Positions 23,369-32,000 are shown, counted from the first letter of the stretch. The stretch: 32,000 nt of DNA from Geotalea uraniireducens Rf4 (GCF_000016745.1 NC_009483.1:3210001-3242000), one strand, 5' to 3'. Numbers and translations: made by a program. Notes: generated by a model from the sequence alone, not told the origin.

Positions 23369-26062
23369 TCACCCTGCGAGACCGGCGCGGATCGCAGCCG
23401 CCAATTTTTGGAGACACACCGGCTTTGGCAGGAAGACGACGTTTAGTGCATCGATGGCTGCATGGTCGATGATGTCGTCGGTGTAGCCGCTCGTAAGGAT
23501 AACCGGCAGATCCGGTTCTTGCAGCCGTATCTGCTCGATGGCCTCCCTACCGGTCATGCGCGGCATAATCAGGTCGAAGACCGCCACCCGGATTTCATCG
23601 CGATGCGCCTCGAAGACCTCCAGCGCCTCTACCCCGTCGGCTGCGGTCAGGACCGTGTAGCCATACAGTTCCAGTATTTCGCGGGTTATCCTCAGCACAT
23701 TCGGATCATCATCGACCAGGAGCACGGTCTCATTGCCATGAAGTCCCGCGGTTTTCGAGTCGGGCGAATGGTTCGGCGGCATTTCTCCCTCGGAAATCGG
23801 CAGGTAGACCCTGAACATCGCGCCTTTTCCCGGCGCGCTTTCCACAGTGATACGGCCGTTGTGATTACCGACGATGCCGAAGGCGATGGAAAGCCCCAGA
23901 CCGGTCCCCTTGCCCGTCTCCTTGGTGGTGAAGAACGGTTCGAATATCCTTCCGACGGTTTCCTTGTCCATTCCGACCCCGTTGTCCATAACGGTGACGA
24001 GACCGTAGCTTCCCGGCGGAACAGTCACTCCGCCTGTCACGACCGCTTCGCGCACCTCCACCAGCGCGGTGGCCACATGTATCCTTCCGCCGGAAGTGAG
24101 GGCATCCCGCGCGTTCACCATCAGGTTGATCAAAACCTGTTCGATCTGGACCCGCTCAGCGAACACCGAAAGCCGGTCGTCGCAAAGCCCGAAGGTAAGG
24201 GTGATGTCCGACCGCAGCAACCGTGATATGCTTTTTTGCAGATTCGCGACGATCAGGTTGAGGTCGTCATAGCGCTTCTGCGGTTCGTGCTTGCCGCTGA
24301 AGGCCAGCAGGCTTCTGGTCAACTCCGCTCCCCGCTTCACGGAATTGGAGATTTCCAGGGCGAACGCAACCCTCCGTTCATCGCCCTTGAGGGATAACCG
24401 CAGCAAATCGGCATAGCCGCCGATCACGGTGAGAAGATTGTTGAAGTCGTGGGCCACGCCTCCGGCCAGGGTACCGATGGACTCCATCTTCTGCGCATGC
24501 AGCAGTTGGGCCTCTGTCTTTCGCAACGACGTGATTTCCCGTGTGATGGAGAGGACGCTCGCCACATCTCCCTCCGCGTCGAACTCGGGCACGAAACGGA
24601 CCTGGAAATGGCGCATCTCACCGCCGGAATCCTTCCACGACAATTCGAGCTCCTGCGAAACGCCCCGGTCGAGCACCTGTTCCACGGCGCCCTGCACCTG
24701 CAGGCCCACCTCCGGGGTGGCCACGGATGCCTCGGTGGGGGTTCTGCCGGTCAGGTTATCTGCGGATTGGCCAGCCAGCCATTCCAGGGCCGGATTGACG
24801 TAGACGCGGCGGCAGAGACGGTCGTAGCGGGCAATGGCATCGGGCGAGTTCTCCACCAGGGCGCGGAACTCCTCGGCCCTGATGCGCCGAAGGATTTCCT
24901 CGCGCTTGCGCTCGGTAATGTCCATGAACGACATCAGCGCATGGTTCCGTCCATCGAGCGAAACCGCCTCCACACCGTAAAGCAGCCACGCCTCCGTCGC
25001 ATCCCCTCCCCATCCGAGCCGTGGAACGGTTGCCTCGCCGCGGGCGGACAGCCCGCTTCTCGATACCTCCTGCAGGGTGCGCATAAGACCGCATGAATCG
25101 CAAACCGGGGAGTTGCCGCACCCCTGGGGTTCCGAAAGGGCGTTGGCGCATTTCAGGATCGTGCCGCAGCGCTTGTCGGGTAGAGCGTCGTAATCGATGC
25201 AGTATTCCCGGAATGCCGAGTTGACCCGCACCGCTTCCATCCGGTCGTCGACCAGCAGCATGGGCATCGGCGTCGCGTCGAAAACGGAGCTGAGATTGTC
25301 CCGCTCGGCCATGAGTGCAGCGGCGTCGGCGTCGATCCTGCGGAAGCCGAGCCGGATCCCCCCAAGCCCCATCAGCCAGGTGGCGGCTATGATGGCCACG
25401 TGAATCACGTTGCTTCGGAGCGCGGCCCGCTCAAGCCCGGCCGTCGGGATGGCGATGCTGATGCCGCCGCGCACAGCGCCTTCCCGGTATCCCTGGGCCG
25501 CATGGCATTTCAGGCATGTTTTTTCGCTATTCAACGGGCGCATGTAGCGGTAGACCGGCTTTCCGTCCATGACCATGAATTCCCCGAACTCCGCCAGCCC
25601 AGCCTCGAAAGCCGCCAGGGCGCGGGCTTCCCAGGGGTCCGGCGCGTTTTCCGGGCGGATCGATTTCAGGCTGGTGATATGCCCCTGGGGGGCGTTGGCG
25701 GACGATTGGCCGATCTCGAAGATCTGCCGGGTCATATAGGCGGGATTCATGAGGGTCAGGCGCCTGCCCGACGGGGTGGTGATGTCCCGCTCCGGGACCT
25801 TCAGCCAGGGGTTGGGAGGTGTTTTGTCGGATACGGGAACATAGACGCCGCCATGTCCGGCGGCCCAGCGGCGGAAGACAAGGTCTTTTTCGATGCACGC
25901 CCGCGCCGTGGCCAGGGCGTTGGAGGTCTTGAACTCCTCGTTGTCGCTGCATTCCCAGATGGCAGTGATAATAGCGAGGACGGTCCAGGCAAGGATCGCG
26001 GCGAGGCGGAGGCGTCTGATCGGGAATTTCCCGGGGGATTGGGCAGGTTCATTTGATTGCAT
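23369..26062 (-). CDS. Hybrid sensor histidine kinase: TM, periplasmic CXXCH (DUF3365-like) domain, TM, Cys-rich PAS-like region, PAS, HisKA, HATPase, REC
   Basis: CLKCH lies in the inter-TM segment. The H-box is [12 protein letters not shown], the G-boxes are DNGVGM and GTGLGLS, and the C-terminal REC is [11 protein letters not shown]...[12 protein letters not shown] chose the ATG at 26062 (GAGG 8 nt upstream); the longest ORF starts at 26104. Confidence 0.85.
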   Translation of the reverse strand: MQSNEPAQSPGKFPIRRLRLAAILAWTVLAIITAIWECSDNEEFKTSNALATARACIEKDLVFRRWAAGHGGVYVPVSDKTPPNPWLKVPERDITTPSGRRLTLMNPAYMTRQIFEIGQSSANAPQGHITSLKSIRPENAPDPWEARALAAFEAGLAEFGEFMVMDGKPVYRYMRPLNSEKTCLKCHAAQGYREGAVRGGISIAIPTAGLERAALRSNVIHVAIIAATWLMGLGGIRLGFRRIDADAAALMAERDNLSSVFDATPMPMLLVDDRMEAVRVNSAFREYCIDYDALPDKRCGTILKCANALSEPQGCGNSPVCDSCGLMRTLQEVSRSGLSARGEATVPRLGWGGDATEAWLLYGVEAVSLDGRNHALMSFMDITERKREEILRRIRAEEFRALVENSPDAIARYDRLCRRVYVNPALEWLAGQSADNLTGRTPTEASVATPEVGLQVQGAVEQVLDRGVSQELELSWKDSGGEMRHFQVRFVPEFDAEGDVASVLSITREITSLRKTEAQLLHAQKMESIGTLAGGVAHDFNNLLTVIGGYADLLRLSLKGDERRVAFALEISNSVKRGAELTRSLLAFSGKHEPQKRYDDLNLIVANLQKSISRLLRSDITLTFGLCDDRLSVFAERVQIEQVLINLMVNARDALTSGGRIHVATALVEVREAVVTGGVTVPPGSYGLVTVMDNGVGMDKETVGRIFEPFFTTKETGKGTGLGLSIAFGIVGNHNGRITVESAPGKGAMFRVYLPISEGEMPPNHSPDSKTAGLHGNETVLLVDDDPNVLRITREILELYGYTVLTAADGVEALEVFEAHRDEIRVAVFDLIMPRMTGREAIEQIRLQEPDLPVILTSGYTDDIIDHAAIDALNVVFLPKPVCLQKLAAAIRAGLAG

Positions 26063-26133
26063 GGTGATTTCCTCGTCGGACGGAGGGTGCAATTGCGCCG
26101 TCATTGCCTGGCCATGCCGCTTGCAATAAAGAT

Positions 26134-26290
26134 TTAGTAAGTTTGAAGTTATTTTCTGCGCTTTTTTAGTACGTTAAAAATGATTTCTGCGGCTTTTATG
26201 CAGAAATGATTTTGTGAACGTACTTATCCCGTTTATTGGGGCTGGCAGAAAATAACTTCGTTAACGCACTTATCCTGTTTATCAGGGTTA
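26134..26290. repeat. Nested palindromic repeat; expanded copy of the element also found at 31786-31863
   Basis: TTAGTAAGTTTGAAGTTATTTTCTGC pairs with GCAGAAAATAACTTCGTTAACGCACTTA. The loop holds an inner palindrome (ATTTCTGC-N8-GCAGAAAT). There are two tandem variants of GT(G/T)AACG(T/C)ACTTATCC(C/T)GTTTAT(T/C)(G/A)GGG. Confidence 0.5.
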
Positions 26291-26375
26291 ACGGGAGAAT
26301 ATGTATCTCATTAATTCGTTCTTGACATGCTGCGATTTTCGGAAGGAAGAGGTAGGGAAAACCCTAATGAAGGAT

Positions 26376-26418
26376 GAATTATGAAGTATGAAATTTCATT
26401 CTTCTTACTTCATAATTC
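26376..26418 (-). terminator. AT-rich perfect 13-bp inverted repeat just after the second response-regulator gene (terminator-like)
   Basis: GAATTATGAAGTA-17 nt-TACTTCATAATTC, with an inner ATGAAATTTCAT palindrome. It lies 11 nt downstream of the stop at 26430. Confidence 0.35.
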
Positions 26419-26429
26419 ATAATTTATGT

Positions 26430-27074
26430 TTAATCGATGGAGATCAGGCCGATACGTACCGCGTAGGTGGCGAGTTGCGCAATGCTCTTCAGTCCGAGCT
26501 TTTTCCTGATGTTCATACGGTGGATCTCAATCATCTTGATACTGACGCCGAGCGTAAAGGCGATTTCCTTGGTGTTATATCCCTCGGCAGTGAGCTTCAG
26601 CACTTCCCTCTCGCGTTTGGTAAGTACAGGAGCGATCTGCTGAGAGGCGGAACCGGGAGCGAACCCCTTGATCATGATTTCCGTGGCGCCGGCGCAAAAA
26701 TAGGGCTTTCCCGCGAATACCGTCCGTATGGCCGCCACCAGTTCCTCGGCTGCGCAGTCCTTGGCTAGATACCCCCTGGCTCCGGCCTCCAGGCTTTCGA
26801 GGACGCAATTCCTGTCCAAGAGCATGGACAGCACCAGGACCCTGATACGGGGATTTTTCGCCATGATACGCCGTGTCGCCTCAATCCCTCCCATATCCGG
26901 CAGGGTCAGATCCATCACCACCACATGGGGTGAATGTACCAGGGCCTTTTCGACGGCTTCCCTGCCGCCGGAGGCTTCGGCCACGACGTCGATGTCCCCC
27001 GCGCAGCCCAGGAGGGAGACCAATCCATCCCGCATGATTTTGTGGTCGTCGACCAGAAGCACTTGTATGGTCAT
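26430..27074 (-). CDS. NarL/FixJ (LuxR-type HTH) response regulator, paralogue of 22632-23282
   Basis: MTIQVLLVDDHKIMRDGL...VVVMDLTLPDMGG (REC domain), then LTKREREVLKLTAEGYNTKEIAFTLGVSIKMI (LuxR HTH). GGAGAA lies upstream. Confidence 0.9.
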   Translation of the reverse strand: MTIQVLLVDDHKIMRDGLVSLLGCAGDIDVVAEASGGREAVEKALVHSPHVVVMDLTLPDMGGIEATRRIMAKNPRIRVLVLSMLLDRNCVLESLEAGARGYLAKDCAAEELVAAIRTVFAGKPYFCAGATEIMIKGFAPGSASQQIAPVLTKREREVLKLTAEGYNTKEIAFTLGVSIKMIEIHRMNIRKKLGLKSIAQLATYAVRIGLISID

Positions 27075-27149
27075 GGTTGTTCTCCGTGAGGTTAAATGGT
27101 GGATTTTGAATTTTGGATTATGGAATTTATGCCTTCATACATTCATAAT

Positions 27150-28706
27150 TCACAATTCATCATTGTTTTTAGTCAGCGGCATCCCGATTGTCACGCAGGT
27201 ACCGGCTCCCGGCGACGATTCAACGTCGAACGCGCCTCCGAGATGGATGATCCTGCGCCGTATGTTGAAAAGGCCGAAGCCGCCTCCCTTCCTGGTTAGG
27301 CTCTCTTCGATGGCATCCGGATCGAATCCGATCCCGTCATCCTCGACCCTTATGACGATCCTGCCGCATTCACGGCCGACCGCGACCAGCGCGGTGTCGC
27401 TCTCCGCATGTTTGGCGACATTGATGAGCAGTTCGCGGACAGCGTGATAAAGCACCGACCGCATCTCTTCCGTCAACGGCTTTTCGCTCGTATCATCCAC
27501 GAACGACACCCGCAGGCCGTAATCCGTCTCCATCTGTCTTCCCAGCCATTTCAGCGCCGCTTCCAGGCCACCGCTCTCCAGTATGGGCGGGCTGATCATA
27601 TGGGTAAGAAATCGCACGCGCTGGATCATGCCGCCAAGTATCTCCCGCGTATTGCCGAGAATACCGGCTTCCTCGTCCGTCAGCGGCATCTTTGCAAGCA
27701 TCCCCAGCTTGATCCGGGCGAGGACGAGGTCCTGCCCGATGTTGTCGTGGAGCTCGGCGGCGATGCGCCGCCGTTCCCGCTCCTCGGCCAGGGAAAGCTC
27801 CACCGTCATGTCGGACAATCTCTGCTGTTTGGCGCGCAACGCCTCCTCGGCGCGCTTGCGCTCGGTCATGTCCTGGGCAAGCACGGCTACGCCGATGACG
27901 TCTCCGGTCTCAGTATTGATGGGACTATGTGAGACATGAAAATATTTCCGCGTGCGGAGTTCTTCACCCGAATACGCTTCCTCCATGAGCTGTTCGCCAG
28001 CCAATGCCCGATCCAGGTTGCGCTTTGCGATCTCCCGATCCGCCGTCACGGTCATATAATCCAACAGACATTGACCGATTTCTATTTCCGCGCCGTAGAT
28101 TGCTTGCATGGCTACGGCATGTCCCTTGTTGAAGCTGGTGTAACGATATTGCCGATCCACGGAAAAGACGAGCGCATTGGCACTGTCGATGATGCTGCGC
28201 AAGATGGAGTATTGTTCTTTTAGCGCCTCCTCGGCCCGTTTGCGCTCGGTGATGTCGCACCATATGGTCAGCGCGCTGACCACCTCTCCGTTGGCGTCGA
28301 ACTCGGGGATCGCACGCACGAACCAGCAATTTTCCATCCCGTCCTTTGTCCAGATGAGATCGATTTGGGTTGCAACGCCGGTTTCCATAACTTCTTTGAG
28401 ACGTTGCGTAAAAGAGACCGCCATCGGCGCCAATTCGGTCGAGAGCTCGACCGGACTCTTGCCGAGAACCTCATTCGATGAGAGGCGGTTTACCCTCTCG
28501 AAGGTAGGATTCACATAGATGCGTCTGCATTCCCTGTCATAGCGCACAATAACGTCCGGCGAGTTTTCCGCCAGGGTGCGGAATTCCCGTTCGCGTTTTA
28601 GCAGCTGCTCCTTCGCGCACTTTCGTTCGTCGATGTCGCGCACCAGCGCCATGGCGTGCCAGTGGTCTCCCGTCAGGTATTTGCAATCCATCAATATCTC
28701 ACTCAT
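27150..28706 (-). CDS. Cytoplasmic multi-PAS sensor histidine kinase of the HisKA_3 (NarX/DegS-like) type
   Basis: Repeated PAS ends (DIDERKCAKEQL, DITERKRAEEAL, DMTERKRAEEAL). The H-box is AAELHDNIGQDL and the ATPase motifs are VEDDGIGF and GGGFGLFNIRRR. No TM segment. Confidence 0.85.
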   Translation of the reverse strand: MSEILMDCKYLTGDHWHAMALVRDIDERKCAKEQLLKREREFRTLAENSPDVIVRYDRECRRIYVNPTFERVNRLSSNEVLGKSPVELSTELAPMAVSFTQRLKEVMETGVATQIDLIWTKDGMENCWFVRAIPEFDANGEVVSALTIWCDITERKRAEEALKEQYSILRSIIDSANALVFSVDRQYRYTSFNKGHAVAMQAIYGAEIEIGQCLLDYMTVTADREIAKRNLDRALAGEQLMEEAYSGEELRTRKYFHVSHSPINTETGDVIGVAVLAQDMTERKRAEEALRAKQQRLSDMTVELSLAEERERRRIAAELHDNIGQDLVLARIKLGMLAKMPLTDEEAGILGNTREILGGMIQRVRFLTHMISPPILESGGLEAALKWLGRQMETDYGLRVSFVDDTSEKPLTEEMRSVLYHAVRELLINVAKHAESDTALVAVGRECGRIVIRVEDDGIGFDPDAIEESLTRKGGGFGLFNIRRRIIHLGGAFDVESSPGAGTCVTIGMPLTKNNDEL

Positions 28707-29017
28707 CACCCCACCGAGGGAGCCTTCTCCCGGAGGGAAATACTTTAATGAATAAACAAAGTGGATATTCGCGCATATGGCACGAGTTTATCAAGTATTA
28801 TCTTGCGAAATGTCTGTTCCAAAACAGTCGTTAGATATTCCATGAATCGGGTAGACCTGCCCCCTTCTTCCTTTTCTTCCCCTATTCTTTCCCACTGGCG
28901 GAAATTGGCCAAAACTGGTGGCAAGTTTTAGCCAACAAGGCACATAATTCGCAGTTTATACCAGCTTATCGCGATATTTACCCAAACATTTCGAGCAGTT
29001 GCGTAAAGGCTTTAGAT

Positions 29018-29033
29018 TGGCATTCATATTGCT
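29018..29033 (+). promoter_or_regulatory. Sigma54 (-24/-12) promoter candidate for dctP
   Basis: TGGCATTCATATTGCT against the consensus TGGCACG-N4-TTGCW. GG and GC have the correct spacing. It lies about 170 nt upstream of the dctP ATG. Confidence 0.5.
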
Positions 29034-29201
29034 AAAACATTATTTCATAAATAGCAGCAAGGATAACCGCTACCACCGGTTGACTACCTGAAGATGCTTA
29101 ATTCATATGTTAACCGGCAATAGAACGTCAATCGAAATTCACAACCTGACTGCAATTCAGACATCGAAAGCAGATGTCAATAACTCACAAAGGAGTTCCA
29201 A

Positions 29202-30197
29202 ATGAAACTGAAAGCATTGCTCACATTCGCCCTCTTGACCGCATTCTCTTCAACTGCACTGGCCGCCCCCATCGTCATCAAGTTCAGCCATGTTGTTGCC
29301 CAGCACACCCCCAAAGGACAGGCCGCTGATTACTTCAAGAAGCTGGCCGAAGAACGCACCAAGGGGCGCGTGAAGGTCGAGGTTTACCCCAACAGCCAGC
29401 TCTACAAGGACAAGGAAGAGATGGAGGCCCTGCAACTGGGCGCAGTCCAGATGCTGGCCCCTTCACTGGCCAAGTTTGCCCCGCTGGGGGTCAAGGACTT
29501 TGAGGTATTCGACCTCCCCTTCATCTTCGACAACTACACAGAACTGCATAAGGTCACCCAAGGCCCGGTCGGCCAGAAATTGCTCAAGAAACTGGAGCCC
29601 AAGGGGATTATCGGACTTTCCTACTGGGATAACGGCTTCAAGGTGATGAGCGCCAACAAGCCGCTCAAGACCCCGGCTGATTTCAAGGGGCAGAAACTCC
29701 GCATCCAGTCCTCCAAGGTGCTCGATTCCCAGATGCGCTCCGTAGGGGCCAATCCCCAGGTGCTGGCCTTCTCCGAGGTATATCAGGCCCTGCAGACCGG
29801 CGTCGTCAACGGCACCGAGAATCCCCCCTCAAACCTCTACACCCAGAAGATGCACGAAGTGCAGAAATACGTGACACTTTCCGACCACGGCTACCTTGGC
29901 TACGCCGTCATCGTCAACAAGAAGTTCTGGAATGGTCTGCCGGCCGACATACGCACCATCCTGGAAGGCGCCATGAAGGATGCCACCAAGTATGCCAACG
30001 AAATTGCCAAAAAGGACAACGATGAGGCCCTCGCTGCCGTCAAGAAATCCGGCCGGTCACAGCTGATCGCCCTGACCCCCCAGGAGCGGGCAGCTTGGAA
30101 GAAGTCCATGGACAAGGCCCACAAGGAACATACGGGGCGTATCGGCGCCGACCTGGTGAAAGAGGTTTACGCAGCCACCGGCTACAACCCGAACTAA
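29202..30197 (+). CDS. dctP: TRAP transporter substrate-binding protein DctP
   Basis: The signal peptide ends in ALA. The body (IKFSHVVAQHTPKGQAA..., NGFKVMSANKPLKTPADFKGQKLRIQ, ALQTGVVNGTENP) is typical of DctP-type C4-dicarboxylate binding proteins. AAGGAG lies upstream. Confidence 0.9.
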   Translation: MKLKALLTFALLTAFSSTALAAPIVIKFSHVVAQHTPKGQAADYFKKLAEERTKGRVKVEVYPNSQLYKDKEEMEALQLGAVQMLAPSLAKFAPLGVKDFEVFDLPFIFDNYTELHKVTQGPVGQKLLKKLEPKGIIGLSYWDNGFKVMSANKPLKTPADFKGQKLRIQSSKVLDSQMRSVGANPQVLAFSEVYQALQTGVVNGTENPPSNLYTQKMHEVQKYVTLSDHGYLGYAVIVNKKFWNGLPADIRTILEGAMKDATKYANEIAKKDNDEALAAVKKSGRSQLIALTPQERAAWKKSMDKAHKEHTGRIGADLVKEVYAATGYNPN

Positions 30198-30222
30198 CGA
30201 TCTACTGAGGCTCCATCAGTGC

Positions 30223-30254
30223 AGGCCGCTGCGGCCACCGCAGCGGCCTTTTTA
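30223..30254 (+). terminator. Rho-independent terminator after dctP
   Basis: AGGCCGCTGCGG-CCAC-CCGCAGCGGCCT (12-bp stem) running into a T tract. Confidence 0.75.
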
Positions 30255-30267
30255 ACGACCTTTTTAG

Positions 30268-31785
30268 TACTACTCCGACACATAGCTTGATATAATCTGT
30301 TTCATGTGATAATCTCTGCGAATGACAACAGAGATCGTTTTCCCCGGCATCGAAGAATATATGGCTCCCTATTATGGCTATTTCCATCGGTCAGAGAGCC
30401 GTGAACTGGCAGAATGTTACTTGGCCGGCCTGCTCATGGACGGTGAGCGCAAGTCAGTTGAACCCATGTCAGAGAAGGTAAACGCATCTGAACGAAGTAT
30501 GCAGCGCCTCCTTTCGACTGCCAAATGGGACGATCAACTTGTTGCTGAGCAATTCCGCCGTTCCATGCTTGACGTCACTTCCGACCCGCAGGGGATCCTG
30601 GTTCTTGATGATACCGGGTTCCCTAAGAAAGGGTACGACAGTGTATGTGTTGCCCGGCAATACTGCGGTGCATCAGGCAAGACTGACAACTGTCAGATTG
30701 GCGTAAGCATGACGTATGTCGGCAGAGATGTCGCCTGGCCATATGCCATGGAACTGTTCGTCCCGGAATCCTGGGATCAGCAAAATGATGATTGCACCGC
30801 AAAGCGTAAAAAGGCTCACATGCCGGAGTCAGTGCACCATAAGTCAAAATGGCGCATGGCACTTGATTTTGTTGACCTGGCCCGAAAAGACAATGTTCCC
30901 CATCGTGCAGTCCTTGCTGACAGCTGGTATGGCAACATTCCGGAGTTTCGCAAGGAGCTTGAGTCCCGCAGTGAAAATTACATCCTGGGAGCTTACTCCA
31001 ACACCCCGGTATTTCTTGAGGAGCCGGTCTTTGAAATTGCGCCAGTCAAAGAGCATAAGCGAGGGCGTCCACGAACTCGCCCTAAGGTAGTCTCCACAAA
31101 CCCCGAACCGGTCAAGCTGTCGGTACTGGGCGAAAGCATTGCCGATGATGCATGGCAACGGCTAGAATTGAGGCTCAATTCCAAGGACAAGCCACTTGTT
31201 GCAGAGGCCGTCTCAATGAGAGTGTGGCCGGCTCACGGATGGCGGCAGGGCAATCATCATGAACAAGTCTGGCTCCTGATAGAGCGCCGCCCCCTGAACC
31301 TGGGTGGATACGAGCTTCGCTATTTCTTCAGCAATATGCCGCAGCATCTGGCAACGATTGACCTTGCCCGCCTCTACCATGAACGTTATTGGATAGAGCA
31401 TGGCTATCAACAGCTAAAGGAAGAGCTTGGCCTTGATCACCATGAAGGGCGCTCATGGAGCGGATGGCATCGACATGTGCTCCTGACGTCCCTGGCATAT
31501 GGCTATCTGACACTGTTGCGTTTGCAGCAAAAAAAACAGAAGAGTGCGACAGCGCGGAGCAACTGGATTCAGAAAAAATCGACACTGGCCAACGACGCTT
31601 TGTTCTGAAAACCAAACACCTGGAAAAGTGGCGCCATCGTTGCTGTTCTCTTCGTTCCTCTGAGCGATGGAGGCGGAGGCAACGACTCAAAGGCATGCCG
31701 TCCTTGCCTGACATCAGGCATCAGATTGCAAAGCTTCTGGTGCGAATATTGAAATGTTAAAGAACTATATGTGTCGGAGTAGTAT
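30268..31785 (+). mobile_element. IS701-family insertion sequence (1518 bp) inserted between dctP and dctQ
   Basis: Perfect 17-bp terminal inverted repeats: TACTACTCCGACACATA at 30268-30284 and its reverse complement at 31769-31785. They are flanked by direct TTAG at 30264-30267 and 31786-31789. The element holds a single transposase ORF. Confidence 0.85.
30322..31608 (+). CDS. IS701-family DDE transposase
   Basis: The N-terminal region is YFHRSESRELAECYLAGLLMDGERKSVEPMSEKV. The catalytic region is VLDDTGFPKKGYDSVCVARQYCGASGKTDNCQIGVS ... LADSWYGN ... YWIEHGYQQLKEELGLDHHEGRSWSGWHRH. This is the pattern I associate with IS701/DDE_5 transposases. Confidence 0.85.
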   Translation: MTTEIVFPGIEEYMAPYYGYFHRSESRELAECYLAGLLMDGERKSVEPMSEKVNASERSMQRLLSTAKWDDQLVAEQFRRSMLDVTSDPQGILVLDDTGFPKKGYDSVCVARQYCGASGKTDNCQIGVSMTYVGRDVAWPYAMELFVPESWDQQNDDCTAKRKKAHMPESVHHKSKWRMALDFVDLARKDNVPHRAVLADSWYGNIPEFRKELESRSENYILGAYSNTPVFLEEPVFEIAPVKEHKRGRPRTRPKVVSTNPEPVKLSVLGESIADDAWQRLELRLNSKDKPLVAEAVSMRVWPAHGWRQGNHHEQVWLLIERRPLNLGGYELRYFFSNMPQHLATIDLARLYHERYWIEHGYQQLKEELGLDHHEGRSWSGWHRHVLLTSLAYGYLTLLRLQQKKQKSATARSNWIQKKSTLANDALF

Positions 31786-31863
31786 TAGTAAGTTAGAAGT
31801 TATTTGTTGCGCTTCACCAGCAAAAAATAACTTCGTTAACGCACTTATCCCGTTTATCGGGGC
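31786..31863. repeat. Compact copy of the palindromic repeat seen at 26134-26290, directly upstream of dctQ
   Basis: TTAGTAAGTTAGAAGTTATTTGTTGC-GCTTCACC-AGCAAAAAATAACTTCGTTAACGCACTTATCCCGTTTATCGGGGCT. The last 29 nt nearly repeat 26260-26289 and 26214-26243. Confidence 0.5.
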
Positions 31864-31876
31864 TAGGAGAACCCCC

Positions 31877-32000
31877 ATGAAATACCTCGACCACCTTGAG
31901 GAAATCATCATCACCTTCCTCATCGGCGCTGCGACCTGCATTATTGCTGTCGCCGTAGCGCACCGCTATTTATCGGGCATTCCCATCCCCGGTATGCAGG
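31877..32000 (+). CDS. dctQ: TRAP transporter small permease DctQ, N-terminal 41 codons; runs off the window end
   Basis: My translation from the ATG at 31877 (AGGAGA 6 nt upstream) gives MKYLDHLEEIIITFLIGAATCIIAVAVAHRYLSGIPIPGMQ. This is the short cytoplasmic start, first TM and the R-Y segment usual for DctQ, and the position after dctP fits. Confidence 0.65.
   Translation, partial: MKYLDHLEEIIITFLIGAATCIIAVAVAHRYLSGIPIPGMQ

Noticed and set aside
1-32000. Looked for CRISPR arrays, rRNA or tRNA genes, integron attC sites, retron or RT genes, toxin-antitoxin pairs and known defence genes
   Set aside because: I found none. The only regularly spaced repeats are the short in-spacer tandem units described above. 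The only mobile-element gene is the IS701-family transposase.

Overview
This 32-kb chromosomal segment has gene content typical of a Desulfuromonadota/Geobacter-type genome: multihaem cytochromes, an ACIII-like complex, many PAS kinases, and GC-rich genes separated by AT-rich, repeat-laden spacers. That taxonomic placement is inference only. Nearly everything from 1 to 28.7 kb is on the minus strand. In window order: (1) an ECF-type Ni/Co importer, cbiO (partial), cbiQ and a cbiM-PDGLE fusion, with a sigma70 promoter and a possible NikR-type operator but no B12 riboswitch. (2) An AT-rich 1-kb spacer holding a strong terminator, a ~155-nt structured repeat and a 19-codon ORF with a near-perfect Shine-Dalgarno. 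(3) A plus-strand operon of an orphan PhnD-family binding protein, a TPR protein and a YedE/YeeE membrane protein. (4) A tightly coupled seven-gene minus-strand operon. It encodes a three-module NosD-like beta-helix protein, a tandem transthyretin-like protein, an orphan ResB-like protein, a His-rich RcnA-type metal porter, a TPR protein, a single-module NosD-like lipoprotein and an MFS transporter. I cannot assign it to any characterised system, and it is my best candidate for something new. (5) Directly upstream on the same strand, an Alternative-Complex-III-like operon (actA-B1-B2-C-D-E) with MITE-like hairpin repeats in two of its intergenic spacers. (6) A methyl-accepting chemotaxis protein, preceded by a second, inverted copy of the ~155-nt repeat. 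(7) Two tandem two-component systems with paralogous LuxR-type regulators; one kinase is a hybrid with a periplasmic CXXCH (DUF3365-like) domain. (8) A TRAP transporter (dctP, dctQ) split by an IS701-family insertion with perfect 17-bp terminal inverted repeats and a TTAG target duplication. I found no rRNA, tRNA or CRISPR array. All protein calls rest on my reading of the supplied translations and remembered family motifs. No database search was run.
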